Of a DNA stretch of 64,000 bases, positions 40,201 through 53,500 are shown piece by piece (the stretch's first letter is position 1; every line of letters begins with the position of its first letter). Below the pieces are notes generated by a model, which made no database searches, was not told the origin of the DNA, and worked only from the letters and a program-made list of their open reading frames with translations. The position numbers were made by a program, and so were the translations under genes. The stretch is from Eledone cirrhosa. Its lineage: Eukaryota. Location: contig OZ024742.1 in assembly GCA_964016885.1 (NCBI GenBank), positions 284,022,001-284,086,000 of the forward strand, read 5' to 3'.

Positions 40201-40471
40201 TGACATTTTCTCGCTTGCTACGGACGTGTCTGGAAACGCTCTTTCCCTGGGGTGTTCCCTTGAAAAGCTGGCTTACCTCACAACAATGTTGCATCTCTAT
40301 GATATAAGATTGTTACACACTGACCAGCGAAACTGTACAGTCGGGACATTGAAGAAAATATAGGTATATATCTGTGTCTATTATTTCTTCTTACTTTATA
40401 ATTTATATATATATATGTATGTATGTATGAGATTTGTATATGTATATATGTATGAGTATTGTATATATATT

Positions 40472-40516
<45 letters not shown>

Positions 40517-43500
40517 TGTAATGTAACGTACAAATATTTCTTCACTCTTCTCACCATTTTAATTCCCTAGTCCATTCATCAATCTGTATCATTTCTCCCC
40601 GAATCCAATCTTTGCTTTTCTATTCGATAATTCTAGCGTATTTTTCAAAACAAATCTTGTATTATTGTTTTATGCTTGTTAAATTATGCCCAAAATACGG
40701 GGATCTTATTTAAACCTTAACCTTCTCGCTAACTACCCAATATCCCTCCCATTCGCCCCACGCACCACCATTATTACGTGGGCCAATCATAAGTCAGCGG
40801 CCTATGCTATCGCTTACCTGGTTGCCTTTCGATATGATGGATGGACTACGGAATTCTGGAGAGTTTGAAAAGAAAAAAAAATCTGGACATTCAGTGACAA
40901 TGCCAAAGATAAAGACAAATTCACCTCATGGACGAGAATGCAAGGACTCCTCCTCTTTGTTTCGGCTGCGGATGGCTAACATAACCCCCCCACCCCCCAC
41001 CCCCTACGCCCCACCAAACGCAATCCAAAACTTCAGAGTTGGTACCATGAATGTAGGCACCTTAAAGGGTCGCTCTAACGAGGTTGTAGAAATGCTTGAA
41101 CGTAAGGAGGTCGATGTTTGTTGTATTCAAGAGACCAGGTGGAGGGGTGGGTCTGCTAGATTCATCGTGGGTAAAGAACGATGCTATAAGCTTTTCTGGG
41201 TGGAGTAGGAATCATAGTAGCAGAAAAGTGGGCAGATAAGATAATAGACGTAAACAGAGTGAACGACAGAATAATTAAAATAAGACTTGTCCTCAATAGA
41301 ACTACTGTGACAGTAATATCTGCGTACGCACCCAAATCCAGACTGCCCGGTACTATAAAAGACAGATTCTATGAGACACTGATGCTCACTACCTCCCAAA
41401 TAACCGACAGTGACTATATAATTATTGCTGGCGACCTAAATGGTCACGTTGGACAACATTGTGACGGCTATGACGGAATCCATGGAGGCTATGAGTTTGG
41501 TACTAGAAATGAGGAAGGCTCCAGAATCCTGGAATTCTGTGACACAAATAACCTAACTTCAAAAACTTCAAAAACTAACTTCAAAAAACGAGACAATCAC
41601 TTGATCACTTATAGATCAGGGGAATACGCCAGTCAGATAGATTATATCCTTACCAGAAGACGTGATAGAGTGTCTGTTGTAAACACTAAATCCCTCCCCC
41701 ATGAAGAATGCACCTCCCAACATAGACTCACAGTCAGTGACCTCATAGTCAGGACAAGACGTACTCGACAACAGAGGAGGACTATCCTCAGGAGAAAAAT
41801 ATGGAAGCTAAAGGACCCCACAGCCAGTAATAAATTTAAAAGCATATTACTTAATGCTTTTGACAGTAAGGAAGAGCAATTAGAGTCGTACAATATAGAG
41901 GAACAGTGGGAATTCCTGAAAACTAACCTGCTGAAGGCGACATGAACCTGTGGCTGGAGCAGGCCGATAGGCAGGAGGAGAGTAACTTGGTGGTGGAACA
42001 GTAAGGTGAAGAGGTCAATCAAGGCCAAAGAGCAGGCTTGGAAAGCATGGCGGGATGGGGGAAGTAGTGAAGACTATCAAGTGGCCAGGAGGGAAGCTAG
42101 GAGACAAGTGTACTTTGCAAGAAGGGAAGCAGAGGAAAGAAAGTTCAAGCATGTTCTACAACGTGAGGACCAAAAACGTGAGGTGGTCAGGATTGCTAGG
42201 CAATGTGTCAAGGAAAACAATGATATTGTCAGGGAAAAGTGTGTCCTTAATGATGATGGTGTACTTGCCATCACTGATGCTGATAAGAAGGTAGCTTGGA
42301 AGTGTCACTACGAAAGGCTACTAAATGAGAATAATTGGGAGAAAGACAGTCTCCCCCACATCGACCCAATAGAGGGAACAGCAGTGCAAGTTGAAGGTAG
42401 TATAATAAGTAAGGCGATCAAAGACATGAAGACGAGTAAGGCGGCCGGGCCTTCGGAAATAGTTGCCGAAATGCTGAAAGCATCTGGAACGGTGGGACAC
42501 ACTAAGGTCACTCAGATAGTAAACCAAGTCATACAGAATGGGGTCGTTCCGAAGGACTGGCGCAGCAGCATCATCATTAACTGCTACAAGGGTAAAGGTG
42601 ATGCCCTAGATAGGGGAAACTATAGAGGCATTAAATTAATTGACCAGGTCATGAAGGTCACAGAAAAAGTAATAGCGCAACTAATCAGAGAGCGAATTGA
42701 TCTAGACGAAATGCAGTTAGGGTTAGTGTCAGGTAAAAGTACAACAGACGCTCTTTTCATGTACGACAACTAGAGAAGTACCTAGCTAAAAGTAAACCCC
42801 TATACTTAGCTTTTGTTGACTTGGAGAAAGCCTTTGACAGAGTGCCCCGCTCGATTATCTGGTTGGCCCTTAGAAAACTAGGTGTTGATGAATGGCTTGT
42901 GAGAGCTATACAAGCCATGTATAAAGAAACAGTCAGCAAGGTTAGAATTAACAACGAATATAGTGAAGAATATGGCGTAAAGGTTGGTGTTCATCAGGGC
43001 TCCGTCCTTAGCCCACTACTATTTATTATTGCCCTTCAGGCTATAACAGAGGAGTTCAAGACCGGCTGCCCATGGGAACTCCTATACGCAGATGATCTAA
43101 CACTCATAGCTGAATCAATGGCTGAACTACAGAAGAAATTCCAAACATGGAAGCTTGGCCTAGAATCAAAAGGCCTTAAAGTTAACTTGTCTAAGACTAA
43201 AGTTCTAGTTTGTAGGAAGGAAAATAGGGCACTGGTCCCATCTGGGAAATGGCCATGCTCAGTGTGTAGGAAAGGAGTAGGTAGAAACTCCATTTTATGT
43301 CCCAAATGCAAAGTATGGGTACATAAAAGATGTAGTGGGATCATAGGTAAGCTAACTAAGAATATAGATTTTATATGTGGCCGGTGCTCTGGTGCAATAA
43401 GTAGCAGCAAGTGCCCACAGAATACTAACTCATTCCATTGCACAGATGGTTCTATAGAAATAGTGGACAGCTTCCGTTACCTGGGTGACAAAATCAGCAG

Positions 43501-44497
43501 TGGGGGAGGGTGCTCTGAAAGTACAGAGAGCTTATACCACGATTGGCCGCTAAAGGGTTCTCTCTAAAAATGAAAGCAGATTGTATGATGCCTGCATACT
43601 GAACAGCAATGTTACATGGCAGTGAGACCTGGGCATTGTGTTCAGAGGATATACGCAGACTGGAGAGAAACGAAGCTTGCATGCTCCGCTGGATGTGTAA
43701 TAGTAATATACGTGAACGGCAAAGCATAAACGAACTAAGGGATCAGATGTTGTTTACTCGAGAGAAGACTACGTTGGTACGGTTACGTGATGCGCATGAA
43801 AGACGACAGCTGTATAAAAAGGTGCAAGGCGATAAAAATAGATGGTAGCCACGGAGTAGGCAGACCCAGAAAAACCTGGGACGACTTGATAAATTCCGAC
43901 CTCACACACTTACACCTCTCCAAGACAATGTCACTGGACCGAGATCTTTGGCGCAATACAGTTATACAGAAGACCCGCCTTGCCTAAGTACAAAGCGAAA
44001 CCTAGTCAGTAGGCACCTCTAACAAAATACACCCCTGTCCCACTACCGCCACTCCATCCACACCACCCCCTTAAATGTGAAGTTATGTTGGTACCACAAC
44101 ATCCAGCCCGAAACAAATGAGGTCGTGTAGGTGTCACAACAAAAAAACACACAGCCCACGCTGTAATGTGGTTGGTGTAGGTAACACGGTAAAAACCTCC
44201 TAGTACACACTGTAAACCTGGTTGGTGTTGGGAAGGGCACCCAGCCGTAGAAAACCCGCCAGACGTGTAGGTGTCATGACAATAAAACACACAGTCCACG
44301 CTGTAATGTGGCCGTGTAGGTAACACGGTAAAAACCTCCCAATCCACACTGTAAATATGGTTGGTGTTAGGAAGGGCATCCAGGACTAGAAAACCCGCCA
44401 GACAGTCCTGAGCAAGACAACCAATCTTGCCTCAAGTGGGACAATTCCCGTCCAGACCCATGCTAGCGTGGAAAATGGACGTTAAACGATGATGATG

Positions 44498-44528
<31 letters not shown>

Positions 44529-47500
44529 CCATCATCGTTTAACGTCCATATTCCACGCTTGCATGGGTTTGGACGGGAGTTTTCCCACTTGAGGCAAGAG
44601 TGGTTGTCTTGCTCGCATAGGACTGTCTGGCGGGTTTTCTACGGCTGGATGCCCTTCCTAACACCAACCACATTTACAGTGTGGAACTGGGAGGTTTTTA
44701 CCGTGTTACCTACACGGCCACATTACAGCGTGGACTGTGTTTTTTTGTCGTGACACCTACACGACCTCATTTGTTTCGGGCTGGATGTTGTGGTACCAAC
44801 ATAACTTTACATTGAAAGGAGTGGTGTGGATGGGGTGGGGTAGTGCGAAGGGGGTGTATTTTGTTAGAGGTGCCTACTGACTGTAGTAGGTTTCACTTTG
44901 CACTTAGGTAAGGCGGGTCTTCTCTATTACTGTGTAGCGCCAAAGATCTCGGTCCAGTGACATTGTCTTGGAGAGGTGTAAGTGTGTGAGGTCGGAATTT
45001 ATCAAGTCGTCCCAGGTTTTTCTGGGTCTGCCTACTCCGTGGCTACCGTCTATTTTTATTGCCCTGCACTTTTTTATACAGCTGTCGTCTTTTATACGCA
45101 GTACGTGATCATACCAACGTAGTCTTCTCTCGAGTAAACAACATCTGATCCCTCTTATTCCTAATTTCTCCCTTAGTTCGTTTATGCTTTGCTGTTCACG
45201 TATATTACTATTACACATCCAGCGGAGCACGCAAGCTTCGTTTCTCTCCAGTCTGCGTATATCCTCTGCACACAATTCCCAGGTCTCACTGCCATGTGAT
45301 ATTGCTGTTCGTATGCAGGCATCATACAGCCTGCCTTTCATTTTTAGAGAGAACCCTTTAGCGGCCAATAGTGGTATAAGCTCTCTGAACTTTTTCCATC
45401 CCGTTCTGACTCTAGCTACTGTACTTTCAGAGCACCCTCCCCCACTGCTGATTTTGTCACCCAGGTAACGGAAGCTGTCCACTATTTCTATAGAACCATC
45501 TATGCAATGGAATGAGCTAGTATTCTGTGGGCACTTGCTGCTACTTATTGCACCAGAGCACCAGCCACATATAAAATCTATATTCTTAGTTAGCTTACCT
45601 GTGATCCCACTACATCTTTTATGCACCCATATTTTGCATTTGGGACATAAAATGGAGTTTCTGCCTACTCCTTTCCTACACACTGAGCATGGCCATTTCC
45701 CAGATGGGACCGGTGCCCTATTTTCCTTCCTACAAACTAGAACTTTAGTCTTAGACAAGTTAACTTTAAGGCCTTTTGATTCTAGGCCATGTTTGGAATT
45801 TCTTCTCTAGTTCCGCCATTGATTCAGCTATGAGCATTAGATCATCTGCATATAGGAGTTCCCATGGGCAGCCGGTCTTGAACTCCTCCGTTATAGCCTG
45901 AAGGGCAATAATAAATAGTAGGGGGCTACATATATATATATGTATGAGATTTGTATGTGATATAAACTGTGTTGAATGTGTTTGCATATAAATTTGTATG
46001 TATACACCATTTTCGTTCTCACATACCTAACACCCGCCCAACCTCCACCACATTCGGTATACATGCCTGACAGTGCATGCTAACCACTCCCTCGTGAATA
46101 TATCATAGAACAGACAAGGGGCGGACAGAGGCTCCATAAGCCGTAGTGTAGGCAACCCATCTAGGAGAGCTACCACACCGAATAAATTGGTGCGGGGTAG
46201 AGAAGTCCCCTAAGTCCATTAAGACAACTTCCCTAGTGCTGGTGGCACAAATAAAAGCACCCAGTCCATGCTGTAAAATGGAGGGGTGGATAGGGCCCCT
46301 GAGTCCAGTAAGACAACCTCTCTAGTCCTGGTGGCACGAATAAAAGCACCCAGTCCATGCTATAAAGTGGTGCTGGTGTTAGGAAGGGCATCCAACCAGT
46401 ATATATTAATACCAAAAACTATGAGCACAACAAATGAGAATTGCAACAACTGCATAACAGCAATAACACTAACCATGTTAGGGCTGCGCACAGTAGTGGG
46501 GTGGCTGATGCGGCCATGTGAGAGAACCTCCCGACCGTCATCAAGCAATCGCACAACAGGAAAAAGAACAAGAATATGAAGATGTCGCATCTCAGAGTTG
46601 CCACACTAACAGGTAGATCTGGTGAGATAATAGAGATGCTGGAGAGAAGGCATGTGGATGTGTGCTGCTGCAAGAGGTGAGATGGAAAGGTGCCTCTGCA
46701 AGACTAATCGCAGGTAAACATGTTAGTGGGTAATGATGGGTAAGGTGAGGTAGGCATTTTACTGGTTGAGAGATGGATCGATAAGACAATAGAGGTAGTT
46801 AGAGTTAGTAATAGAATAATTAAGCTTAGATTAGTTGTAGGCAAGAGACTACTGACAATCATCTCTGACTATGATCCCCAGGCAGGCCTAGGTAAAGAAG
46901 AGAAAGACTGCTTTTACAAGCAACTTTTACAAATAGCCACAATGACAGAGGACGGAGACATCATTATGCTAGCAGGGGACTTCAATGGTCCTGTTGGACA
47001 GCTCCAGGATGGATACACTGGGGTACATGGTGGGCACAGTTACGGCCCAAGAAATGAAGAAGATGTGAGGCTTCTTGAAATTTGTGATGCAAGTGCACTA
47101 ACCATTTGCAACATTAACTTCCAGAAATCTGCCAACCACCTAATAACCTACAAATCAGGCGAGCACATAAGCCAGATCGACTTCTTGTTAGTTAGGCAGC
47201 GAGACAGACAGATGGTGTCAAATACTAAAGCATACCCCGGGGAAGATTGTACCCCACAGCATAGGTTAGCCATTAGTGACATCTCAGTAAGAAAGAGACA
47301 GAATGAGACATACAGGAAGGTGTGGAAAAGAAAGGTTTGGAAGCTAAAAGACCTTTCACTAAAATATAAATTTAGGAAAGCCCTTCAAGATGTGTATGAC
47401 GAAAAAGAAGACGATTTAGAGTCAAATGTCATAGATGATAACTGGAATTTCTTACGTGACAACTTACTGCAGGCTACTGAAGAAACTTGTGGCTGGAGCA

Positions 47501-50500
47501 GAGCTCCAACCAGGCAGAGCGTGACCTGGTGGTGGAACAGCACGGTAGATAGGGCCATTAGAGACAAAAGACTAGCATGGAATGCTTGGAAAAATGGTGG
47601 GAGTAGAGAAGGATACACAGCCGCTAAGAGAGAAGCTAGACGTCAGGTGTACTTAGCACTGAGAGTAGGAGGTTTGCCAATTTTCTGCGACGGGAATATC
47701 GGAGACGTGCAGTGTTCCGGCATTGCAAGGCAGGATGTTGTTGGAGATAAGTGTGTCTGGAATGATGCCGGTGTACTTAGTGTCACGAATGATAAAAAAA
47801 AAAGGAGGCCTGGAAATGTCATTATGTGAAACCGATGACTGTGGAGAACGAATGGGAGAGAGAAATTACCCCCAGTAGATCTGACAGAGGGACTAGCTAT
47901 TGAGATTGACGAATATAGGGTCCAAGAGGCAATTAAGGAAATGAAAAATGGTAAGGCCGCTGGACCGTCGGGGATAGTTGCTGAGATGCTGAGGGCATCA
48001 GGGAATGTAGGCACTAAACTGGTTGCACGCATCATCAATCAGGCTATATATGGTGGTGTCACACCCAAAGACTGGTGCAGCAGTATTCTCATAAATTGTT
48101 ACAATGGTAAAGGGGATGCTCTGGAGACGAGCAATTATAGGGGCATAAAACTGATGGATCAGGTTATGAAAGTGGCAGAAAGGATATTAGCGCAACTAAT
48201 TAGAGAAAGGGTCAAACTAGATGAGATGCAGTTTGGTTTTGTGCCTGGGAAAGTACAACAGATGTCCTCTTCTTAGTGAGACAACTACAAGAGAGGTTCA
48301 TAGAGAAGAATAAGCCACTATAGCTTTTGTTGACCTAGAGAAGGCCTTTGATAGGGTACCCTGATCTGTCATCTGGTGGTCCCTAAAGAAACTAGGTGTT
48401 GAGGAATGGCTTGTGAGGACAGTGCAAGCTTTGTACAGAGGTGCTGTCAGTAAAGTCAGGGTAGGAATGGAGTTTAATGAGGAATTCCAGATACAAGTAG
48501 GAATACATCAGGGTTCGGTCCTCAGCCCGCTTTTGTTCATTATAGTCCTCCAAGCCCATGGGAACTTCTCTATGCTGACGATCTGGTTCTTATAGCAGAA
48601 TCAGTAGAGGAGCTAGAGAATAAATTCTGGTTATGGAAACAGCAGTTGGAATTAAGAGGACTGAGAGTGAACCCAGCTAAGACAAAAGTGTTGATGAGTA
48701 GAAAGAGGACAAAACTCTGATTCCGTCAGGGAAATGGCCATGTTCGATATGCAGAAAAGGAACTGGCATAAATTCTATAAAATGTACACAATGCAGATCC
48801 TGGGTACACAAGAGATGTAGTGGGATAGCAGGCAAACTAACAGGTAGGGAAAAATACGTATGCAGTAGATGTACAGGGAATTTTGACAGTAGAAGTCGCA
48901 TTGAGAGACACATTTTTCAAATGCAGGTAGGTTCTATAGAAGTGGCTGTTAGCTTCCAGTACCTAGGTGATCAGATTAGCATGGGGGGGGGGGGGGGGGC
49001 ATAGTATCTGGAGCTGCTTCCTCTGCTGACAAAGAAGGGTTTCTCCCTGTGTATGAAAGGCCGGTTATATAATATCTGTGTGAGGTGTGCGATGCTGCAT
49101 GGTAGTGAGAAATGGGCAGCAACTGCAGAGGATATGCGACAACTGGAGAGAAATGAAGCAAGCATGCTCCGTTGGATGTGCAATGTCAATGTGCGTGAGC
49201 AAGAAGCTGTGTTTAAGAGGGATAAGTTGTAGTGTGTGGGAGAGAAGATTGTGATGGTATGGACATGTGACACGCATGGAGGATGACCACTGGGTAAAGA
49301 AGTGCCAAGAAATGCCAGTAGAAGGAAGATGCAATAGAGGAAGAACACGAAAAACATCGGCAGAGGTGGTAAGAGCAGACCTCAGATGGCTGAAGCTCAC
49401 GGAGATGATGAGGGACTGTGACAAGTGGAGAGATGCTGTGCTGAATAGGACCCGTCCCACCCTTGCAAGCAGAGAAAAGTGGATGTATGATGATGATGAT
49501 GATGAACATGATACAAGTTTACAAAATAAATACATAAATATGGTTGTACTCCGAGATCATTTTGTACACAAGGATGCAATATATTCACTTGTTTTTAAGT
49601 TTCAGAAACATAGGTCATATTATACTAAAGCCATATACACAAAGAAATATGCTAATAAGAGCTTTAGATTCATAATTGTAAATGTATCACCATTGTTCAA
49701 CTGCAGTATTAGACAGCCACAATCCTTCTCCACCTATTCCAGCATTCATAATCAGTTGTGGAGGAGAGAGATTAAGGAATGCATGGAATAAATAATGAAG
49801 ACTGATCTATGAAGACTGAACACCTTATAAAGCAGATGACAGAAGAGCGTGAAGATTAGTGACATGCTATGCAGGAAAACATCTACCTACTGGTACAAGC
49901 ATAGTGATGTGGTCATTAAATAAAGGTGAGAGAGATGGAAGCTGGACATATTGGGCCACTTGCCCACTCTTTGTTTGACATTTTTCCTTTATCACTTGTA
50001 TCCAAATTTGAAGACATACCTAATCCTAAATCTGCCCTTTTAGATAAATATTACATTTCTATTGTTACTCACCTTCCCACCACAATGCTGCAACAATTCT
50101 ACCAGGTCCTTTTTTGGTGGGGCCTTGACAGTAGAGACATAGATATTTCCACACTGACCAAACAACTTAGGGCTAGAGTTGAGCTGCTTCTGTTCACGAT
50201 ATATCTGCAGATAATATAGAAAGAAATACTAGATGTAATATAAACCACAATACACATGCATACACACTACATTCATAATTGTTACAATGTTACAAATATA
50301 TATATTAGTGTTACCAACACTATAGAAGTTATTGTGCTTTTGACACACTGAAGAGTCCTCTCTTAGTAGCTTCAGATTACCTGTGCCACAGGATAGCTTT
50401 CAACCATCTCAAAATTCTTCTCGTCCAACCAACAGCCAGCTGTCATCGATGCTGAGACCTGTAATGACAAAGAGAGAAATATTAGCAAACACACTTTGTA

Positions 50501-53500
50501 TGCAATAGATGTACAGGGATAATCAATACAGGAAAGATCAATAGAAATGGTTGATAGCTTCTGCTATCTAGGTGATCTTATTAGCAGTGGAGAAGGGTGC
50601 TTAGAGAGCATAGAAGCTAGAATAAGGACAGGATGGAAGAAATTTAGGGAGCTACTCCTCCTACTGACAACAAGTTTCTCCCTACAAACAAAAGGCTAAC
50701 TGTATGATGCTTGTGTGTGAAGTGCGATATTGCATAGTAGTGAAACTAAGGCAGTGAATGCAGAAGGCTGGACAGAGAGAGGAAGCAAGCATGCTTTGAT
50801 GGATGGGTAATGTTAATATGCTTGAAAGACAAGGCATGGATGAACCGAGAGAAAAACTGGGTATAAGAAAAATCAGAGAAAACTTTGAGGTATGGACATA
50901 TGATGTGCATGGAGGATGATTGCTAGGTAAAAAGGTATGTGTGTGTACAAGACTGTCAAATACCAAAATCTGAAAGTAGATACATTGAGAACAAACCTGA
51001 AGTTATCCACGAAATTAGATCATTGAATGTCCTAACCCATAAACTCAGAAAAACAAAGCCAGCAGGCATGTTCACCAATAATTCAAACACCTTAGCTCTT
51101 AACGATCAAGCTACAAAGTCAGTTACATGATAAAAAGCCAATGTCACATAGGTTCAATATTACATGCTTCCAATGAAATAAAAAATAAGTGCTACCCTAA
51201 TACAAATTATCCACCAACTTGAATAAATGCAGCAACAGACAAATCCACAAATGGACCTATTATGCCACTGGCCTGTCAACGGGGATTCCTGTCCACATGG
51301 TATCAAGATATAACATGCATATATGTAAATAAGACTGCCAAACATGTAAATCTGAATGTAGATATCTTGAACAGACCAGAAGTTATTCACAAAATAAGAC
51401 CATCAAATGTCCTAACTCATAAACAATAAACACAGAAAAACAAAGCCAACTATAGGATAAATACCTATACTAGATCTAAGACACCATCCATATTTCCTAT
51501 CTCAGCTGTTATGCTTGAGAATGGGTCGCAGGTGGTGGATAGCGATACGGCCACCAAATATGATGTTTAAGCAGGCTCCTGCCAGACAAACAGTGGTAAA
51601 CTACTAGGGAAGATGGAGGAATGAGTGGTACTGTTAGCTCCCAAGAAAAATTTCACAACCCAATGATGTAGCTACAATGAGGTGAGTAAAGGCTGCCTCT
51701 AAAAAAGATTAGTCTTTGTAGATCGGAGAAAAGTACCAAATTGTTGACCGGCGTAAATGAGACCACCAAAATACAATATGGCCAGAAACAGTAAAACTAT
51801 CCAAACTACATAATCCTTCAAGCAGGATAACAAGGGATGTGTTCAAACCTTAGGTAGGAGGGCCCGTTTGAAAAATATATTACATTCACCATCCAACACT
51901 GCAAGAACTGGCAATGGGCCTGCAACCTGTCCTGGGAGGTGTGGGATGAAAGCACAAAGGTTATGTATTCTGAGACTTCAGAGAAGTTCCGGAAGGGAGT
52001 AAATCTTGACAATTGGTAACTGGAATGTTACAACCCTTACAGGTAAGAAGCAGGAATTAGTGGAGGAGGCCAAATGCTACCGGCTAGATATAGTCGGGGT
52101 TTCCTCTACAAAGTTACGTAGCTCTGGTAAGGATGGAGGGTTGAAACTCCATTATTCAGGTGTGACGTCAGAAAAGATTACACAAGCAGGAGTGGCGATA
52201 CTCACAAACCCCTGGCTGTCAGAATGTGTTACGGACTAGATCCCATTAAGAGGGAGGATTTTCCTCTTGAAACTTAGGCTGAAAGAAAGATGTCTGTAGG
52301 TGGTGCAAGTTTACATGCAAAACAGAGAGCCCAAATACAGATCCTTCCTTGATGAAGTCACTACAGCATTAGATGTAGTTATGACCGAGTCATATATCAT
52401 AATGGGAGACTTCCTCACCTAGAAAGAAGTGATTGAAAGGAACAGCGATCCCCATCTAAACACAAATGGAGAGGCCTTATTAGACTTTTGTTTTAGTAAT
52501 GGGCTCTCTATTATGAACACTTTCCAGCAGAAAGACATCAATAAATACACATAGTAAAAGGGGAATTGGGACAGAGATCAATAATTGATTTTGTTATTGT
52601 TTCTGATCTCTTCAATTCTGTGCTGGATGTTCATGTTAAGAGTAGGGCTGAGCTGTCAACTGATTACCATCTAGTTATCTGCAACCTGAGACTACCTAAA
52701 GCCAAGATAGCCCACAAAATAAAGTGGGAAGAGCTGGCAGATAAGGAAGTCAGGAACAGGTTTGCAGATACTATTGCATCCAAATTCAGAGAGCTCCATG
52801 AGCAAATTGAGGACGTTGAAAGAGAGTGGAAACTGTTCAGCTCTGCAGTTTTTGCTTCAGTTGTTAAATGCTGTGGGCGAAAGCAGTTTGGTATGGTGCT
52901 GAGTGACAGGAGGACTGCTTGGTTTAATGAAGTTGTCAAAGATACCATACGAGCAAAGAAGGAGATTTACAATGCTTCATTTGGAAATAAGTCTTCTTGT
53001 TTTTGTGGTACAAGTAGGTGCAAAGAGTAGCAGCAGAGACAGGAAAGGTGTCCAAAGTTAAGACATGGGAGCACTTTAGGGTTTAACTAGAATCCAACTT
53101 CAGATCAGCAAATAAGTGTTCTGGCAAACCATCTGCCAACTTCATAATAATTAGACCTCCTCCACACCTGCTATCAGAAACTTGTCTGGGGCTCTCTTCC
53201 CATCAGAGAGGTGCATCCTCGCAAGATGGAAAGAATACTTTGCAAATTTCCTAAACCTAGACACAACAGCATCTTCTGATGTACACAAGGTGCACCAGAG
53301 AGCAATGACTAAACTCTCACAAGCAATTAAAGAGCTCAAATATGGCAAAGCCACTGGGGAGGATGAAATTTGGCCCAAGATATTAAAAATCTTAAATAGA
53401 GATGGTATTCTCTGGCTGACTTGTGTGTGCACATACTTGGCATCGTTTCTATGGCTGGATGCCATATCTGGAACATGAGTAAGGTGAGGTCTCTCCAACC

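Noticed and set aside
40515-44498. Active, intact LINE
   Set aside because: Several stops, frameshifts and small deletions split the ORF into five or more pieces.
30148-50072. Nested host gene in the large MCPH1 intron (by analogy with vertebrate ANGPT2)
   Set aside because: All long ORFs are TE- or repeat-derived, and I found no chain of phase-compatible exons.
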